Translations under genes and position numbers: made by a program
The notes under the pieces: model-generated
The model's database searches: none
What the model saw: the letters and a program-made list of their open reading frames with translations, nothing else
Told to the model about the DNA's origin: nothing
Shown here: positions 44,342-55,070 of the stretch, in pieces
How the letters are laid out: each line of letters begins with the position of its first letter
Position numbering within the stretch: position 1 is the stretch's first letter
Assembly (NCBI GenBank): GCA_963796775.1
Contig: CAWCMZ010000002.1
Location: 368,066 to 432,065, forward strand
Source of the DNA: an uncultured Alphaproteobacteria bacterium
Lineage (GTDB): Bacteria > Pseudomonadota > Alphaproteobacteria > Rhizobiales > Devosiaceae
Direction: 5' to 3'
DNA length: 64,000 nucleotides

Positions 44342-44724
44342 ATGGTGGCGACTGACGTACTCATCGCCGAGGACGAACCGAGCATACTCGAACTCGCTGG
44401 ATTTTATCCTGCGCCGCGAGGGATGGTCGATCAGCGCAGTCACCGACGGAGATGCCGCGCTGGCGGCGGTGCGGCGGCTGCGGCCGCGATTGCTGGTGCT
44501 CGATGTCATGCTACCCAAACGGTCCGGTTTCGACGTCCTCAAGAACATTCGGGCAGACGGCCTGCTGCGCCGACGTGAAAGTGCTGATTCTGACCGCCAA
44601 GGGGCAACAGCAGGATCGCCGGACTGCGGAGGAACTGGGCGCCGACGATTTTGTCACCAAGCCTTATGCGAACGCCGATGTCGTCGGCGCCGTCCGGCGG
44701 CTGCTTGGCCCCCAGGTGGTGTGA
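44342..44724 (+). CDS. Single-domain response regulator (receiver); frameshifted
   Basis: VLIAEDEPSI, LDVMLPKRSGF, ILTAKGQ, VTKPY. Confidence 0.85.
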
Positions 44725-44957
44725 TGGACGCGCGCAAGCTGCAAAGCGCCGTGCTCATGCTGACGGTCTTCGGGGCGATGCTGATCCTGCCGCCGCTGGT
44801 GCTGCTGTTCAACCTGCGGGTCCGCTTCCTGGGTCTCCCCCTAGAGGTGATCTATCTCTTCCTCGTCTGGCTCGGACTTGTCATTGCGACCGCCCTGTTT
44901 TCTTCCCGGCTGCCGCAGACCGTTATAACCGAGGACCGGACAGAGACGGGGAGCTGA
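44724..44957 (+). CDS. Small two-TM protein preceding the SLC5-kinase gene
   Basis: MDARKLQSAVLMLTVFGAMLILPP..GLPLEVIYLFLVW; abuts both neighbours. Confidence 0.7.
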   Translation: MDARKLQSAVLMLTVFGAMLILPPLVLLFNLRVRFLGLPLEVIYLFLVWLGLVIATALFSSRLPQTVITEDRTETGS

Positions 44958-47655
44958 ATGCTTTCCGCGGATTTCGTCATTGCGACTGCCATCGTGTATG
45001 TCGGGCTGATGTTCCTCATCGCCTACGCGGGCGACCGGCGCGCCCGCAGTGGCAAAGGCGGGCTGCTCCGATCTCCTTTCGTCTATACGCTTGCCATCTC
45101 CGTTTACTGCACCAGCTGGACCTTCTACGGAGCGGTCGGATCGGCCGCACGCAACGGCCTCGAATACCTGGCAATCTACCTCGGCCCGACCCTGGTGTTC
45201 GTCGGCTGGTGGTTCGTGCTGCGCAAGCTGGTGCGTATCGCCCATACCCAGCGCATCACCTCGATTGCCGACCTGCTTTCATCGCGGTTCGGAAAATCGA
45301 GCCGCCTCGCGGTTCTCGTTACGGTCATCGCGGTGATCGGCATTGCGCCCTACATCGCTCTTCAGCTCAAGGCGGTCACCTCGTCCATCCAGGCCATCGC
45401 GACCGCCGAGACGCCGGGAGGAGGCGGCTTTGCCGGTGTGGACGATGTCGGCCTTGCCCTTGGTGTCGCTGCGGCGATGGCGTTGTTCACGATCCTCTTC
45501 GGCACACGCAACGTCGATGCCAAGGAGCAGCATCACGGCGTGGTTGCGGCCATCGCATTCGAAGCGGTGGTCAAGCTCTGCGCCCTGATCGCCGTGGGGG
45601 CGTTCGTCCTCTACGCTGGGGGCGGACTGGAGGCGATCTTTGCCCGGGCCGAGGCACAGGGCATCGACATCTACTCGTCCGACACGTTCGGCAACCGCTG
45701 GATTGCCATGAACATCCTTTCGATCGCGGCCATCATCTGCCTGCCGCGACAGTTCCAGATCACCGTGGTCGAAAATTCTGACGAAAATCACCTCAGGACG
45801 GCAAGCTGGGCGTTCCCCGGCTATCTGCTGCTGATGAGCCTGTTCACGCTGCCGATCGCGCTTTTCGGCATGACGCTCGATGCCGATTGGCTCCAATCCA
45901 GACATGTTCGTGCTGACCCTGCCGCTCGCCGGGGGACAACAGGGACTGGCCCTTTTCGCCTTCATCGGTGGTTTTTCGTCGGCAACCTCCATGATCATCG
46001 TCGAGGCCATCGCGCTCTCGATCATGGTCTCCAACCACATCGTGCTGCCCATCGTGTTGCGCACCACGGGCGGGCTCGGCGACGCCGACGGCCAGGGTGT
46101 CAGCCGCCTGCTGCTCAATTCGCGCCGACTGTCGATCGGCCTCATCCTCTCGCTCGGATTTTTCTATTTCTACCTGACTCGCGATTCCGATGCGCTGGCG
46201 CCCATCGGCCTCATCTCGTTCGCCGGTGTTGCTCAATTCCTGCCCGCCATCGTCGCGGCCCTGTTCTGGCGCGAAGCTTCAGTGAAGGGTGCGACTGCCG
46301 CGGTGGCGGTCGGGTTTGTCGTCTGGGCCTGGTCGATGTTCCTGCCCAGTTTCCAGAGCTCGTCGCCCATGGTCGCCGAGTTGATGGTGCGCGGCCCGTG
46401 GGGGCTCGAATGGCTGCGTCCGCAATCGCTGTTCGGACTGGCGGGGCTCGATCCGCTGGTCCACTCGGTATTCTGGAGCCTGTTCCTCAATAGCGCGACG
46501 CTGATCGTCGTTTCCCTGCTGACCAGCCAGTCGGCTCTCGAGCGCCTGCAGGCGACGGTGTTCGTCGACACCTTCAGGCGTGCCGGCCGGAGTGAGCCGC
46601 ACTTTATCCGTGGACCGGCCGCCGCCAACGATCTCTTCTTTGTCGCCCAGCGCGTGCTCGGCGCAGAGCGCGCAGCGGCCATATTCTCTGGCCTGCCGGT
46701 GCCCGAGCGCGAGCCCGGACCGGAGTTCATCGCCAGGCTAGAGCGCGAACTCGCCGGCTCCATCGGCGCCGCTTCCGCTCACGTGATGCTTCAGCAAGGT
46801 CGTCTCTGGCGAAGCGGTTTCGCTCGAGGAGGTCATGCAGATGGCCGACGAGACGCAGCAGGCGATCGAATATTCGCAGCAGCTCGAAAAGACCTCATCC
46901 GCGCTGCGCACACTGCGGAAAAGCTGGAGGTGGCCAACCAGCAGTTGCGGCGTCTCGACCAGCAGAAGGACGAATTCCTGTCCCAGGTCAGCCACGAGGT
47001 GCGCACCCCGATGACTTCGATCCGCTCGTTCTCCGAAATTCTGCTGGAGGAACAGCAGCTCAGCGGGGCTGAACGGCATCGTTTCGTGTCAACAATTCAC
47101 GATGAGAGCCTGCGGCTTACCAAGCTGCTCGACGAGATACTCGACCTCAACGCACTTGAACGCGGTGAACGCAATTGGGACGACGTTCCAGTTGATCCGG
47201 AAATTGCTCTGGATCGTGCCGTGGAGGTCTGCATGCGGACTGGCCCGGCAAGAGCAACGTGCCGATCAGGGTCACGCGGCGGCGCCAGCCACACGGCGGT
47301 CAAGGCCGAACTCGACCGGCTTTGCCAGGTGCTGATCAACCTCATCTCCAATGCCGTCAAATACAACGACTCTCCTGAGCCGATGGTGACCATCCGTTCC
47401 TTCGTCAGGGACGGGCGCTACAGCGTCGAAATCGAAGACAATGGTCCTGGCATCCCACCCGCCGACCGCGAGCGCATTTTCGACATGTTCTCTCGCGGCA
47501 GTGCCGCGTCCCTGAAGAAAGGAGCGAATGGAGCTGGCCTGGGCCTCGCGATCAGCCGCAGGATTGTCTCACGCCTTGATGGGCAGCTCGATCTGGTGCC
47601 GACCAAGCGGCGCGGCACCTGTTTCCGCGTCACACTGCCAATCGCTGTCAGTTGA
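44958..47655 (+). CDS. Sodium:solute symporter-histidine kinase fusion (CrbS/CbrA/PrlS-like); frameshifted
   Basis: SVYCTSWTFYGAVG, PYIALQLKA, LPRQF; H-box SHEVRTPMTSI, NLISNAVKY, DNGPGI, GAGLGL. Confidence 0.9.
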
Positions 47656-47660
47656 GCCGG

Positions 47661-47942
47661 TCAGTCCGGTACGCGTTGCGGATGACCAAGTGGGCGCGGC
47701 CGGCGCGCAAACGCGCCGACGCAGAGACCCGTGGCAAAGAGAATTGCAAGGCTGGGCGCCCATTGTCCTTGCGGACCCGCGAACAACATTGCGATTGCCA
47801 GCCCAATACCAAGCGGCCAGCCGATTGCGTAACGTACCCAACGCCATGGGGCCAGCGCGATGAGCGTCCCGAGGCCCCACCCAGCCACGAAGATCATCCC
47901 GATGATTGCGAAAAACACGCCCGTCAGAAGCGCCGTAGCCAT
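47661..47942 (-). CDS. Small membrane protein, unknown function
   Basis: 93 aa, three hydrophobic segments, fills the intergenic gap. Confidence 0.5.
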   Translation of the reverse strand: MATALLTGVFFAIIGMIFVAGWGLGTLIALAPWRWVRYAIGWPLGIGLAIAMLFAGPQGQWAPSLAILFATGLCVGAFARRPRPLGHPQRVPD

Positions 47943-48059
47943 CTTCGCTCTCTAGCCCGGGGCTAGGCATCGGGCAACAGGAATGCTCAATTGCCCAGAC
48001 GGATTTGGCGGGGCTGTTGCGCCGCCGCCATCCCGTGCCGACCCGGGGAGAAGGCGCCG

Positions 48060-48737
48060 ATGAACTGGAGACCAAAGGCGATCCTGTTTGACGTCTACGG
48101 CACGCTCTTCGACGTGTTTGGCGTAGCGAAGACCGCCGAAGCTTTGTTTCCGGGACGTGGCGCCGCCCTCGCGGCGCTGTGGCGCGACAAGCAGCTCGCC
48201 TACACCTGGCTGCGAACGCTGAGCGACAGATACGCCGATTTCTGGACCGTGACCGGGGAGGCTCTCGACTATGCCACGGACAGCCTTGACCTTCAGGTGT
48301 CCGCCGCGGATCGGGACCGACTCATGCAGGGCTACCTCAACCTCCCCATCTTCCCCGACGCCGTCCCTGCGTTGACGGCCTTGAGGTCTGCGGGTCTGCC
48401 GCTTGCGGTTCTCTCGAACGGAACGCCGGCAATGCTCGATGCGGTTCTGCAAGCGGGGGAAATTGCCGACGCGTTCGACACCGTCCTCAGTGCCGACAAC
48501 GTGCGTCAGTACAAGACCTCCAGCCGGGCCTATGAACTGGGGCTGGATGCCTTCCGCGCCAGCCCGTCCGACATCGCCTTCGTCTCCTCCAACGCGTGGG
48601 ACGCCAGTGGGGCGGCATGGTTCGGCTATCGGGTATTATGGGTGAATCGCAAGGGCCTCAAGCCCGAACGCCTCGGGGCGCCAATCGCCCGTGAGGCCCG
48701 GACGTTGGCCGAGCTCCCCGCCTGGCTCGGCCTCTAG
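48060..48737 (+). CDS. Haloacid dehalogenase type II
   Basis: FDVYGTLFD, WRDKQLAYTW, LSNG, YK, VSSNAWD. Confidence 0.9.
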   Translation: MNWRPKAILFDVYGTLFDVFGVAKTAEALFPGRGAALAALWRDKQLAYTWLRTLSDRYADFWTVTGEALDYATDSLDLQVSAADRDRLMQGYLNLPIFPDAVPALTALRSAGLPLAVLSNGTPAMLDAVLQAGEIADAFDTVLSADNVRQYKTSSRAYELGLDAFRASPSDIAFVSSNAWDASGAAWFGYRVLWVNRKGLKPERLGAPIAREARTLAELPAWLGL

Positions 48738-48929
48738 CCAGAGGAGTTCATCGCATCAATTCATCATACAACTGGCCCATTTTTGTATGTTGACACGATG
48801 CGCTGCCATTCTAGGCTCAGCGCCGACGGGAGGAACTCGTCTCATTATTGTGGCTGGACGGCACCCCGTGGGGCCGTGCGGCCGGTTATTGGTCCACAGC
48901 GGGCCGACACCATTCGAGGGAGAAGAACG

Positions 48930-49907
48930 ATGTTTCACTGGACCAGACTGAGCGCTACGGTGCTCACCCTAAGTGCCATGGCCATCGGAGGCGCCAGCGC
49001 ACAGACCGTGCTCAAATCCTCTGACACGCATCCCGACGGCTACCCGACGGTCGAAGCAGTCAAGTATATGGGTCAATTGCTGAGCGAGCGCACCAGCAAC
49101 CGCTATTCGGTCGAAGTCTACTTCGGCGCGCAGCTCGGCGAAGAGAAGGACACGATCGAGCAGACCCAGGCCGGGGTAATCGATCTGAACCGTGTTTCGC
49201 TCGGGCCGTTCAATTCCATCGTACCGGAAACCAATATTCCGTCGCTGCCCTACATCTTCCGCTCCGTCGAGCACATGCACCACGTCATGGACGGCCCCAT
49301 CGGCGACGAAATCCTCGCTGCCTTCGAGCCTCATGGTCTGATCGGTCTGGCGTTCTACGACGGTGGCGCCCGGTCCTTCTACAATTCGGAAAAGCCGGTC
49401 AACTCGATCGACGACCTCAAGGGCATGAAGTTCCGCGTCATGCAGTCCGACATCTTCGTCGACATGGTGAGCGCCCTTGGCGCCAACGCCACCCCGATGC
49501 CCTATGGCGAGGTTTACTCGGCCATTCAGACCGGCGTCATCGACGGTGCGGAGAACAACGCGCCGAGCTACGACACCGCCAAGCACGCTGAAGTTGCCAA
49601 GTACTACTCACTGGACGAACACCTGATCGTCCCGGAAGTCCTGGTGATCTCCAAGACCAGCTGGGACAAGATGAGCGCCGAAGACCAGGCCATCCTGCGC
49701 CAGGCAGCCAAAGACAGCGTCGCCAAGGAGCGTGAGCTCTGGGATGCGCAGGAAAAGATCTCGATGGACAAGGTCGTCGCCGAGGGCACCATCGTCACCC
49801 ATCCCGACAAGCAGCCCTTCATCGACGCTATGAAGCCCGTCTACGAGAAGTACCTGTCTGATGCCAAGCTGAAAGACCTGGTCGCCCGCATTCAGGCGAC
49901 CGAGTAA
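48930..49907 (+). CDS. dctP: TRAP transporter substrate-binding protein
   Basis: [39 protein letters not shown]. Confidence 0.93.
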   Translation: MFHWTRLSATVLTLSAMAIGGASAQTVLKSSDTHPDGYPTVEAVKYMGQLLSERTSNRYSVEVYFGAQLGEEKDTIEQTQAGVIDLNRVSLGPFNSIVPETNIPSLPYIFRSVEHMHHVMDGPIGDEILAAFEPHGLIGLAFYDGGARSFYNSEKPVNSIDDLKGMKFRVMQSDIFVDMVSALGANATPMPYGEVYSAIQTGVIDGAENNAPSYDTAKHAEVAKYYSLDEHLIVPEVLVISKTSWDKMSAEDQAILRQAAKDSVAKERELWDAQEKISMDKVVAEGTIVTHPDKQPFIDAMKPVYEKYLSDAKLKDLVARIQATE

Positions 49908-49998
49908 GCTGACGCTCGGCTGCGGGCAGCCCGCGGTCCGACCGGCCGGAGCCCTCTGGGGTTCTGGCCGGTGAGCGGTTGGCAGGTGGGGGTAGATT

Positions 49999-50526
49999 AT
50001 GAAGGCGTTTTTTCTGTCGACGCAGAAAGTACTTTCACTTGTAAGTCGCGTCGCGCTGATGCTTGCGGCGACTGGACTGGTGGTGATGACATGCGTCGTC
50101 GCATACGCGGTTTTCGGCCGCTATGTGCTCAACCAGACCCCACCTTGGGCGGAAGCCACATCCATCATGCTGATGGCATGGTTCATTTTCCTCGGCGCAG
50201 CAGTCGGGGTGCGCGAAAAGACCCATCTCGGTTTCGACGTGCTGCTTTATGTGCTGCCGCCTTCGGCCAAAGGTGTGCTTCGCTCCATCTCCGATCTGGT
50301 GGTGCTGGCCTTTGGCGTCGGCATGATTGTCTTCGGCAGTCAGCTAGTGGCGCTGACCTGGGGCAACACCTCACCGACGCTTAGCGTTCCGGGCGGCTTC
50401 AGTTATCTACCCGTCGTGGCCGGCGGCATCCTGATCTGTCTGTTCACCGCCGAGCGGCTGTGTGGACGCTTTGCCGGCGTGCTGGTCGATGCCGACGTCG
50501 TCGATCCCGTGGAAGCAGAGGCATAG
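49999..50526 (+). CDS. dctQ: TRAP transporter small permease
   Basis: Four TM segments, RYVLNQTPPWAE, HLGFD. Confidence 0.9.
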   Translation: MKAFFLSTQKVLSLVSRVALMLAATGLVVMTCVVAYAVFGRYVLNQTPPWAEATSIMLMAWFIFLGAAVGVREKTHLGFDVLLYVLPPSAKGVLRSISDLVVLAFGVGMIVFGSQLVALTWGNTSPTLSVPGGFSYLPVVAGGILICLFTAERLCGRFAGVLVDADVVDPVEAEA

Positions 50527-50529
50527 ATC

Positions 50530-51810
50530 GTGGTCCTGCTCGTCCTCTTCGGAACCTTCGTCGTGCTGCTGCTGATCGGCACGCCGATCGCTTTCTGTCT
50601 CGGTGCCGCCAGTTTCGCAACGATACTTTATCTGGGCCTCCCTCCGCTGGTGGTTTTTCAGCGCCTGAATTCCGGCATCAGTGTCTTTTCGCTGATGGCC
50701 ATTCCATTCTTCATTTTTGCCGGCGACCTGATGGTTCGCGGCGGCATCGCGGCGCGCCTCGTGGCGCTTGCCGGATCGCTTGTGGGGCACCTGCGTGGTG
50801 GCCTTGGGCAGGTCAATATCGCCGCATCGACGCTGTTCGGCGGCATCTCTGGCTCCGCCGTCGCCGACGCGTCGGCGGTTGGCGGCCTGATGATCCCGCA
50901 GATGAAGGCGCGCGGCTATGGCGTCGACTATGCGGTCAATATCACCTCGCTCGGTGCCATCATCGCGCTGCTGATCCCGCCCTCGCACAACATGATCATC
51001 TACTCGATTTCGGCGGGGGGCCGCATCTCCATCGCCGATCTGTTTACGGCCGGCATCCTGCCCGGCTTCCTGCTTGCAGTGGGACTGATGATTGCGGCGT
51101 ACTTCGTCGCGCTGCGCCGCGGCTATCCGACTAGCGCCTTCGGCGGCTGGAGCAATATCGGGACACTCGCGCTCGGCGCCATACCGGGCCTCATTCTCAT
51201 CGGCATCATTTTCGGTGGCGTCCGTTCCGGCATATTCACCGCAACAGAGAGTTCGTGCATCGCCATCGTCTATGCCTTCCTCATCACGCTGCTCGTTTAT
51301 CGATCAATGAACTGGCACGACTTTGTGGCGGCTACCATGAGCGCGGTACGTACCACCGCCATGGTTCTGATGATCATCGGTTGTGCGGCAGCGTTCGGCT
51401 GGTTGCTAGCTTATCTCAAGGTACCGGCCACACTTGTCGCGTGGCTGCACTCGATCTCGGACGACCGTTACGTCATCCTGTTGCTGCTCAATGTCGTGCT
51501 GCTTGTCCTCGGTACCTTCATGGACATGTCACCGCTCATCATCATCACGACCCCCATCTTCCTGCCCGTCGTCATGGCCTATGGCGTCGACCCCGTGCAT
51601 TTCGGCGTCATTCTCATTCTCAATCTGGGCATAGGTCTCTGCACCCCGCCGGTGGGGGCCGTGTTGTTCGTAAGTTGCGCCATCGCCAAGATTCCGATCT
51701 GGACTGCCATGCGCAGCATCTGGCCGTTCTACGTCGCGGCCATCGCCGTGCTGGCCATCGTCACCTATGTGCCAATGATTTCGCTCTGGCTTCCGAGCCT
51801 CTTTCACTGA
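50530..51810 (+). CDS. dctM: TRAP transporter large permease
   Basis: AIPFFIFAG, GISGSAVAD, IPPS, TATE, TPPVG. Confidence 0.93.
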   Translation: MVLLVLFGTFVVLLLIGTPIAFCLGAASFATILYLGLPPLVVFQRLNSGISVFSLMAIPFFIFAGDLMVRGGIAARLVALAGSLVGHLRGGLGQVNIAASTLFGGISGSAVADASAVGGLMIPQMKARGYGVDYAVNITSLGAIIALLIPPSHNMIIYSISAGGRISIADLFTAGILPGFLLAVGLMIAAYFVALRRGYPTSAFGGWSNIGTLALGAIPGLILIGIIFGGVRSGIFTATESSCIAIVYAFLITLLVYRSMNWHDFVAATMSAVRTTAMVLMIIGCAAAFGWLLAYLKVPATLVAWLHSISDDRYVILLLLNVVLLVLGTFMDMSPLIIITTPIFLPVVMAYGVDPVHFGVILILNLGIGLCTPPVGAVLFVSCAIAKIPIWTAMRSIWPFYVAAIAVLAIVTYVPMISLWLPSLFH

Positions 51811-51838
51811 CGAGCCTCTTTCACCGAAAGGACCGGCC

Positions 51839-52633
51839 ATGTCTCTCGATCAAGTCGCGGCCTCGCCGCAGCGCCGCAAGGAGCGCCTCTCGGATCAGGT
51901 CGCTGAAACCCTTCGTGCCGAACTCACCGCAGGCCGCTGGAAGCCGGGGCGGCGCTTGCCCGCTGAGGTTGAATTGACCGCAACGTTTGGCGTCAGCCGC
52001 ACGGTCATCCGTGAGGCAATTGCCGCGCTGGCAGCTGACGGACTGGTCGAGGCCCGTCAGGGCGCGGGCGTATTTGTGCTCTCGCACCCCTCGACATCGC
52101 TCGGTGCCCTCGCCCTCGATATGGACAGCAAAGACTCCATTGCCCTCAGCGTGCTCGAGGTGCGCCTCGCGCTTGAAGTTGAAAGCGCCGGGCTCGCTGC
52201 CGTGCGTTCGAGCGCCGCACACGAGGCGGCGATGCAGGAAGCCATCTTCGAATATGAGCGCCTGCTGCGTCTCGGCCAGCCGACGGGGCCGGCCGACCTG
52301 TCTTTCCATCGCGCCATCGCCAGCGCCACCGGCAACCCCTTCTACGTCGAAATGCTCGACGTGCTTGGCCGGCGCGCCATCCCGTGCGACGTGACCTCGC
52401 CCTATGGCACCGAGAAAGCGCTGACCACCGATTACCAAACCATGTTGCAGCGTGAGCATCTGGGCATTCTCGCCGCGATCACTGCGCGCGATCCGGACGC
52501 GGCGCGCGACGCCATGCGCCAGCATCTGGGCCTTAGCCAGCAGCGCTATCGCGACCGGCTGCAACGACGGCGGGTCCAGTACATCGACCAGCTCAACCGC
52601 AGCATCGACAACGCCCCCCGGAGAGGCAGATGA
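51839..52633 (+). CDS. GntR/FadR-family regulator
   Basis: LPAEVELTATFGVSRTVIREA, FHRAIASATGN. Confidence 0.92.
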   Translation: MSLDQVAASPQRRKERLSDQVAETLRAELTAGRWKPGRRLPAEVELTATFGVSRTVIREAIAALAADGLVEARQGAGVFVLSHPSTSLGALALDMDSKDSIALSVLEVRLALEVESAGLAAVRSSAAHEAAMQEAIFEYERLLRLGQPTGPADLSFHRAIASATGNPFYVEMLDVLGRRAIPCDVTSPYGTEKALTTDYQTMLQREHLGILAAITARDPDAARDAMRQHLGLSQQRYRDRLQRRRVQYIDQLNRSIDNAPRRGR

Positions 52634-53472
52634 CCGGCACGACCTACGCATCCCGCTGGAGCTCCAGCCCGGATGCCGCAGCACGCATGGACACCGCAGA
52701 GCTGCGCGCCAACTTCCTCGTCGAAGAGCTGTTCGCGCCCGGGCGCATCATCCTCACCTATTCGCACAATGACCGCATGGTCATCGGCGGCGCCATGCCG
52801 GGCGTCAGGCCGCTGCCGCTCGAAACCATCACGCCTGCCGGTACCGCCAGCTTTCTCGACCGCCGGGAGCTGATTGTCGTCAACATCGGCAGCGATGGGA
52901 TGGTAGTGGTGGATGGAACCATGTTCGCTCTGGGCGCGCGCGACATGCTTTATGTCGGCCGCGGCGCAACTGTCGAGTTCGCATCTGCCGATGCGGACCA
53001 GCCAGCAAAATTCTATCTCGTCAGCGCCCCGGCTCACAGCACACATCCGACGCGCTTGATCCGCATCGCCGATGCCAAGCGGCTCGATCTGGGAGCCCCC
53101 GAGACCTGCAACCAGCGCTCGATCTTTCAGTTCATCCACGCCGACGGCGCCAAGACATGCCAGCTGGTGGTCGGTCTGACCACCTTTGCGCCGGGCTCGG
53201 TGTGGAACACCATGCCGCCGCATGTGCATGATCGCCGCTCCGAGGCCTACCTTTATTTCGACCTGCCCGACGCTGCGCGCGTTTTCCACCTCATGGGCGA
53301 GCCTGAGGAGACCCGTCACCTTGTCGTCGGCAACGAACAGGCCATCCTGTCACCCGGCTGGTCCATCCATGCCGGTGTCGGCACTGCCAGCTACGCATTC
53401 ATCTGGGCCATGGCCGGCGACAATGTGGACTATACCGACATTGATCCGGCCCCGCTGAGCAGTCTCAGGTAA
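52630..53472 (+). CDS. kduI: 5-dehydro-4-deoxy-D-glucuronate isomerase
   Basis: WNTMPPHVHDRRSEAYLYF, MGEPEETRH, SPGWSIH. Confidence 0.95.
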   Translation: MTGTTYASRWSSSPDAAARMDTAELRANFLVEELFAPGRIILTYSHNDRMVIGGAMPGVRPLPLETITPAGTASFLDRRELIVVNIGSDGMVVVDGTMFALGARDMLYVGRGATVEFASADADQPAKFYLVSAPAHSTHPTRLIRIADAKRLDLGAPETCNQRSIFQFIHADGAKTCQLVVGLTTFAPGSVWNTMPPHVHDRRSEAYLYFDLPDAARVFHLMGEPEETRHLVVGNEQAILSPGWSIHAGVGTASYAFIWAMAGDNVDYTDIDPAPLSSLR

Positions 53473-54227
53473 TGGCTTCGGCCCCGTTCTCACTCGCCGA
53501 TCGCACCATCCTCGTAACCGGTGCGAATACCGGCATCGGCCAGGGAATCGCGGTGGCCGCCGCGCGTGCCGGCGCGCGCGTCGTCGGCGTTGGCCGTTCC
53601 GACATGAGCGACACGGCTGCCCGCGCCGGTGACAAATTTCGCTCGGTGCAGTGCGATCTCTCGAACCTGCCGGCGGCTCAGGCGATGCTGGACGAAGTGT
53701 GGGAGTCCGAGGGCGCCATCGACGGGCTGGTCAACAATGCCGGGATCATCCGCCGGCAGGACGCGACGCATTTCTCGGAGGCCGACTGGGACGAGGTGAT
53801 CGACCTCAATCTGAAGGCGCTGTTCTTCCTCAGCCAGAGCTTTGCCCGCCGCGTCTTTGAGGTCGGGGGGCGGCGCGGCAAGATCGTCAACATCGCCTCT
53901 CTGCTGAGTCTGCAGGGTGGCATTCGGGTGGTCTCCTATACCGCCTCGAAGCACGGCGTCGCCGGAGTCACCCAGACACTTGCCAATGAATGGGCCGGGC
54001 GGGGCATCAACGTGAACGCCATCGCGCCGGGCTATGTCGAGAGCAACAACACAACGGCATTACGTGCCGATCCTGACCGCTCCGCCGCCATCCTCTCGCG
54101 CATTCCGGCCGGCCGCTGGGGACGACCCGACGACATCGGCGGCGCGGCGGTCTTCCTGCTGTCAGCCGCGTCGGACTATGTGCATGGCGTGCTGCTGCCA
54201 GTCGACGGCGGCTGGCTGGCACGTTAG
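53472..54227 (+). CDS. kduD: 2-dehydro-3-deoxy-D-gluconate 5-dehydrogenase
   Basis: TGANTGIG, NNAGIIRR, QGGIRV.SYTASK, RIPAGRWG, DGGWLAR; adjacent to kduI. Confidence 0.92.
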   Translation: MASAPFSLADRTILVTGANTGIGQGIAVAAARAGARVVGVGRSDMSDTAARAGDKFRSVQCDLSNLPAAQAMLDEVWESEGAIDGLVNNAGIIRRQDATHFSEADWDEVIDLNLKALFFLSQSFARRVFEVGGRRGKIVNIASLLSLQGGIRVVSYTASKHGVAGVTQTLANEWAGRGINVNAIAPGYVESNNTTALRADPDRSAAILSRIPAGRWGRPDDIGGAAVFLLSAASDYVHGVLLPVDGGWLAR

Positions 54228-55048
54228 GCGACGAGGCTCCAGAACATCTTGACCGCCGTGACCGTGAGAAAGGCGCCGAAGCCGTAGGCGAGATATTTTC
54301 GCGGAATCGAGTGCGCGGCCCGGGCCCCCCAGGGGGCGGTCAGCATCGACAGCGGGATGATCGCGATGAGCGCCACGAGATTGACGAATCCGAGCGATAG
54401 GGGCGGCAGTCCGCTGACGTTCCAGCCGGCAATGATGTAGCCGACGGTGCCCGGTATAGCGATGATAAAGCCAATGGCCGACGCCGTGCCCACCGCGCGG
54501 CGGATGTCAGTGCCGAAAGCGGTGAGGATCGGGACGCTGAGCGTGCCGCCGCCGATGCCCATCATGGCGGAGATCATTCCGACCACGGCGCCGAGCCCGG
54601 CCTTGACGACGGGGTTGGGAAAGCCGTCGACCAGTTTGTGGCTGTCTGCGCGCAGGATCATGTTTGCAGCGACCAGCAGCGCCGTGATGGCGAACACCCA
54701 CGTCAGCACGCGCCCGTCGACGATACCCGCGAGAAACGTGCCTGCAACCACGCCGACGAAGATCGCGGGCCCCCAGGTCTTCAAGAGGTCGAAATCGACG
54801 GCCTTGTGTTTGCGGTGCGAACTGGCCGACGCCCATGAGGTCGCAACAATGGTCGCCAGTGAACTGGCGACCGCGACTTTCATGCGGATTGACGGATCGA
54901 CGTGAAAGGCCCCCAGCACCAGGTCCAGCACCGGCACGATGACGATGCCGCCACCCACGCCGAGCAGGCCGGCAACAAAGCCAGCAAGCAGCCCGGTCGC
55001 GACCATGGCGACGATCCATAATCCGTATTGCGCGATGAAGTCCTGCAC
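54224..55048 (-). CDS. TauE/SafE-family membrane transporter
   Basis: GLLGVGGGIVIVP and MMGIGGGTLSVP repeats. Confidence 0.88.
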   Translation of the reverse strand: MQDFIAQYGLWIVAMVATGLLAGFVAGLLGVGGGIVIVPVLDLVLGAFHVDPSIRMKVAVASSLATIVATSWASASSHRKHKAVDFDLLKTWGPAIFVGVVAGTFLAGIVDGRVLTWVFAITALLVAANMILRADSHKLVDGFPNPVVKAGLGAVVGMISAMMGIGGGTLSVPILTAFGTDIRRAVGTASAIGFIIAIPGTVGYIIAGWNVSGLPPLSLGFVNLVALIAIIPLSMLTAPWGARAAHSIPRKYLAYGFGAFLTVTAVKMFWSLVA

Positions 55049-55070
55049 CTGTAGCCCCCGGTGAGAATGG

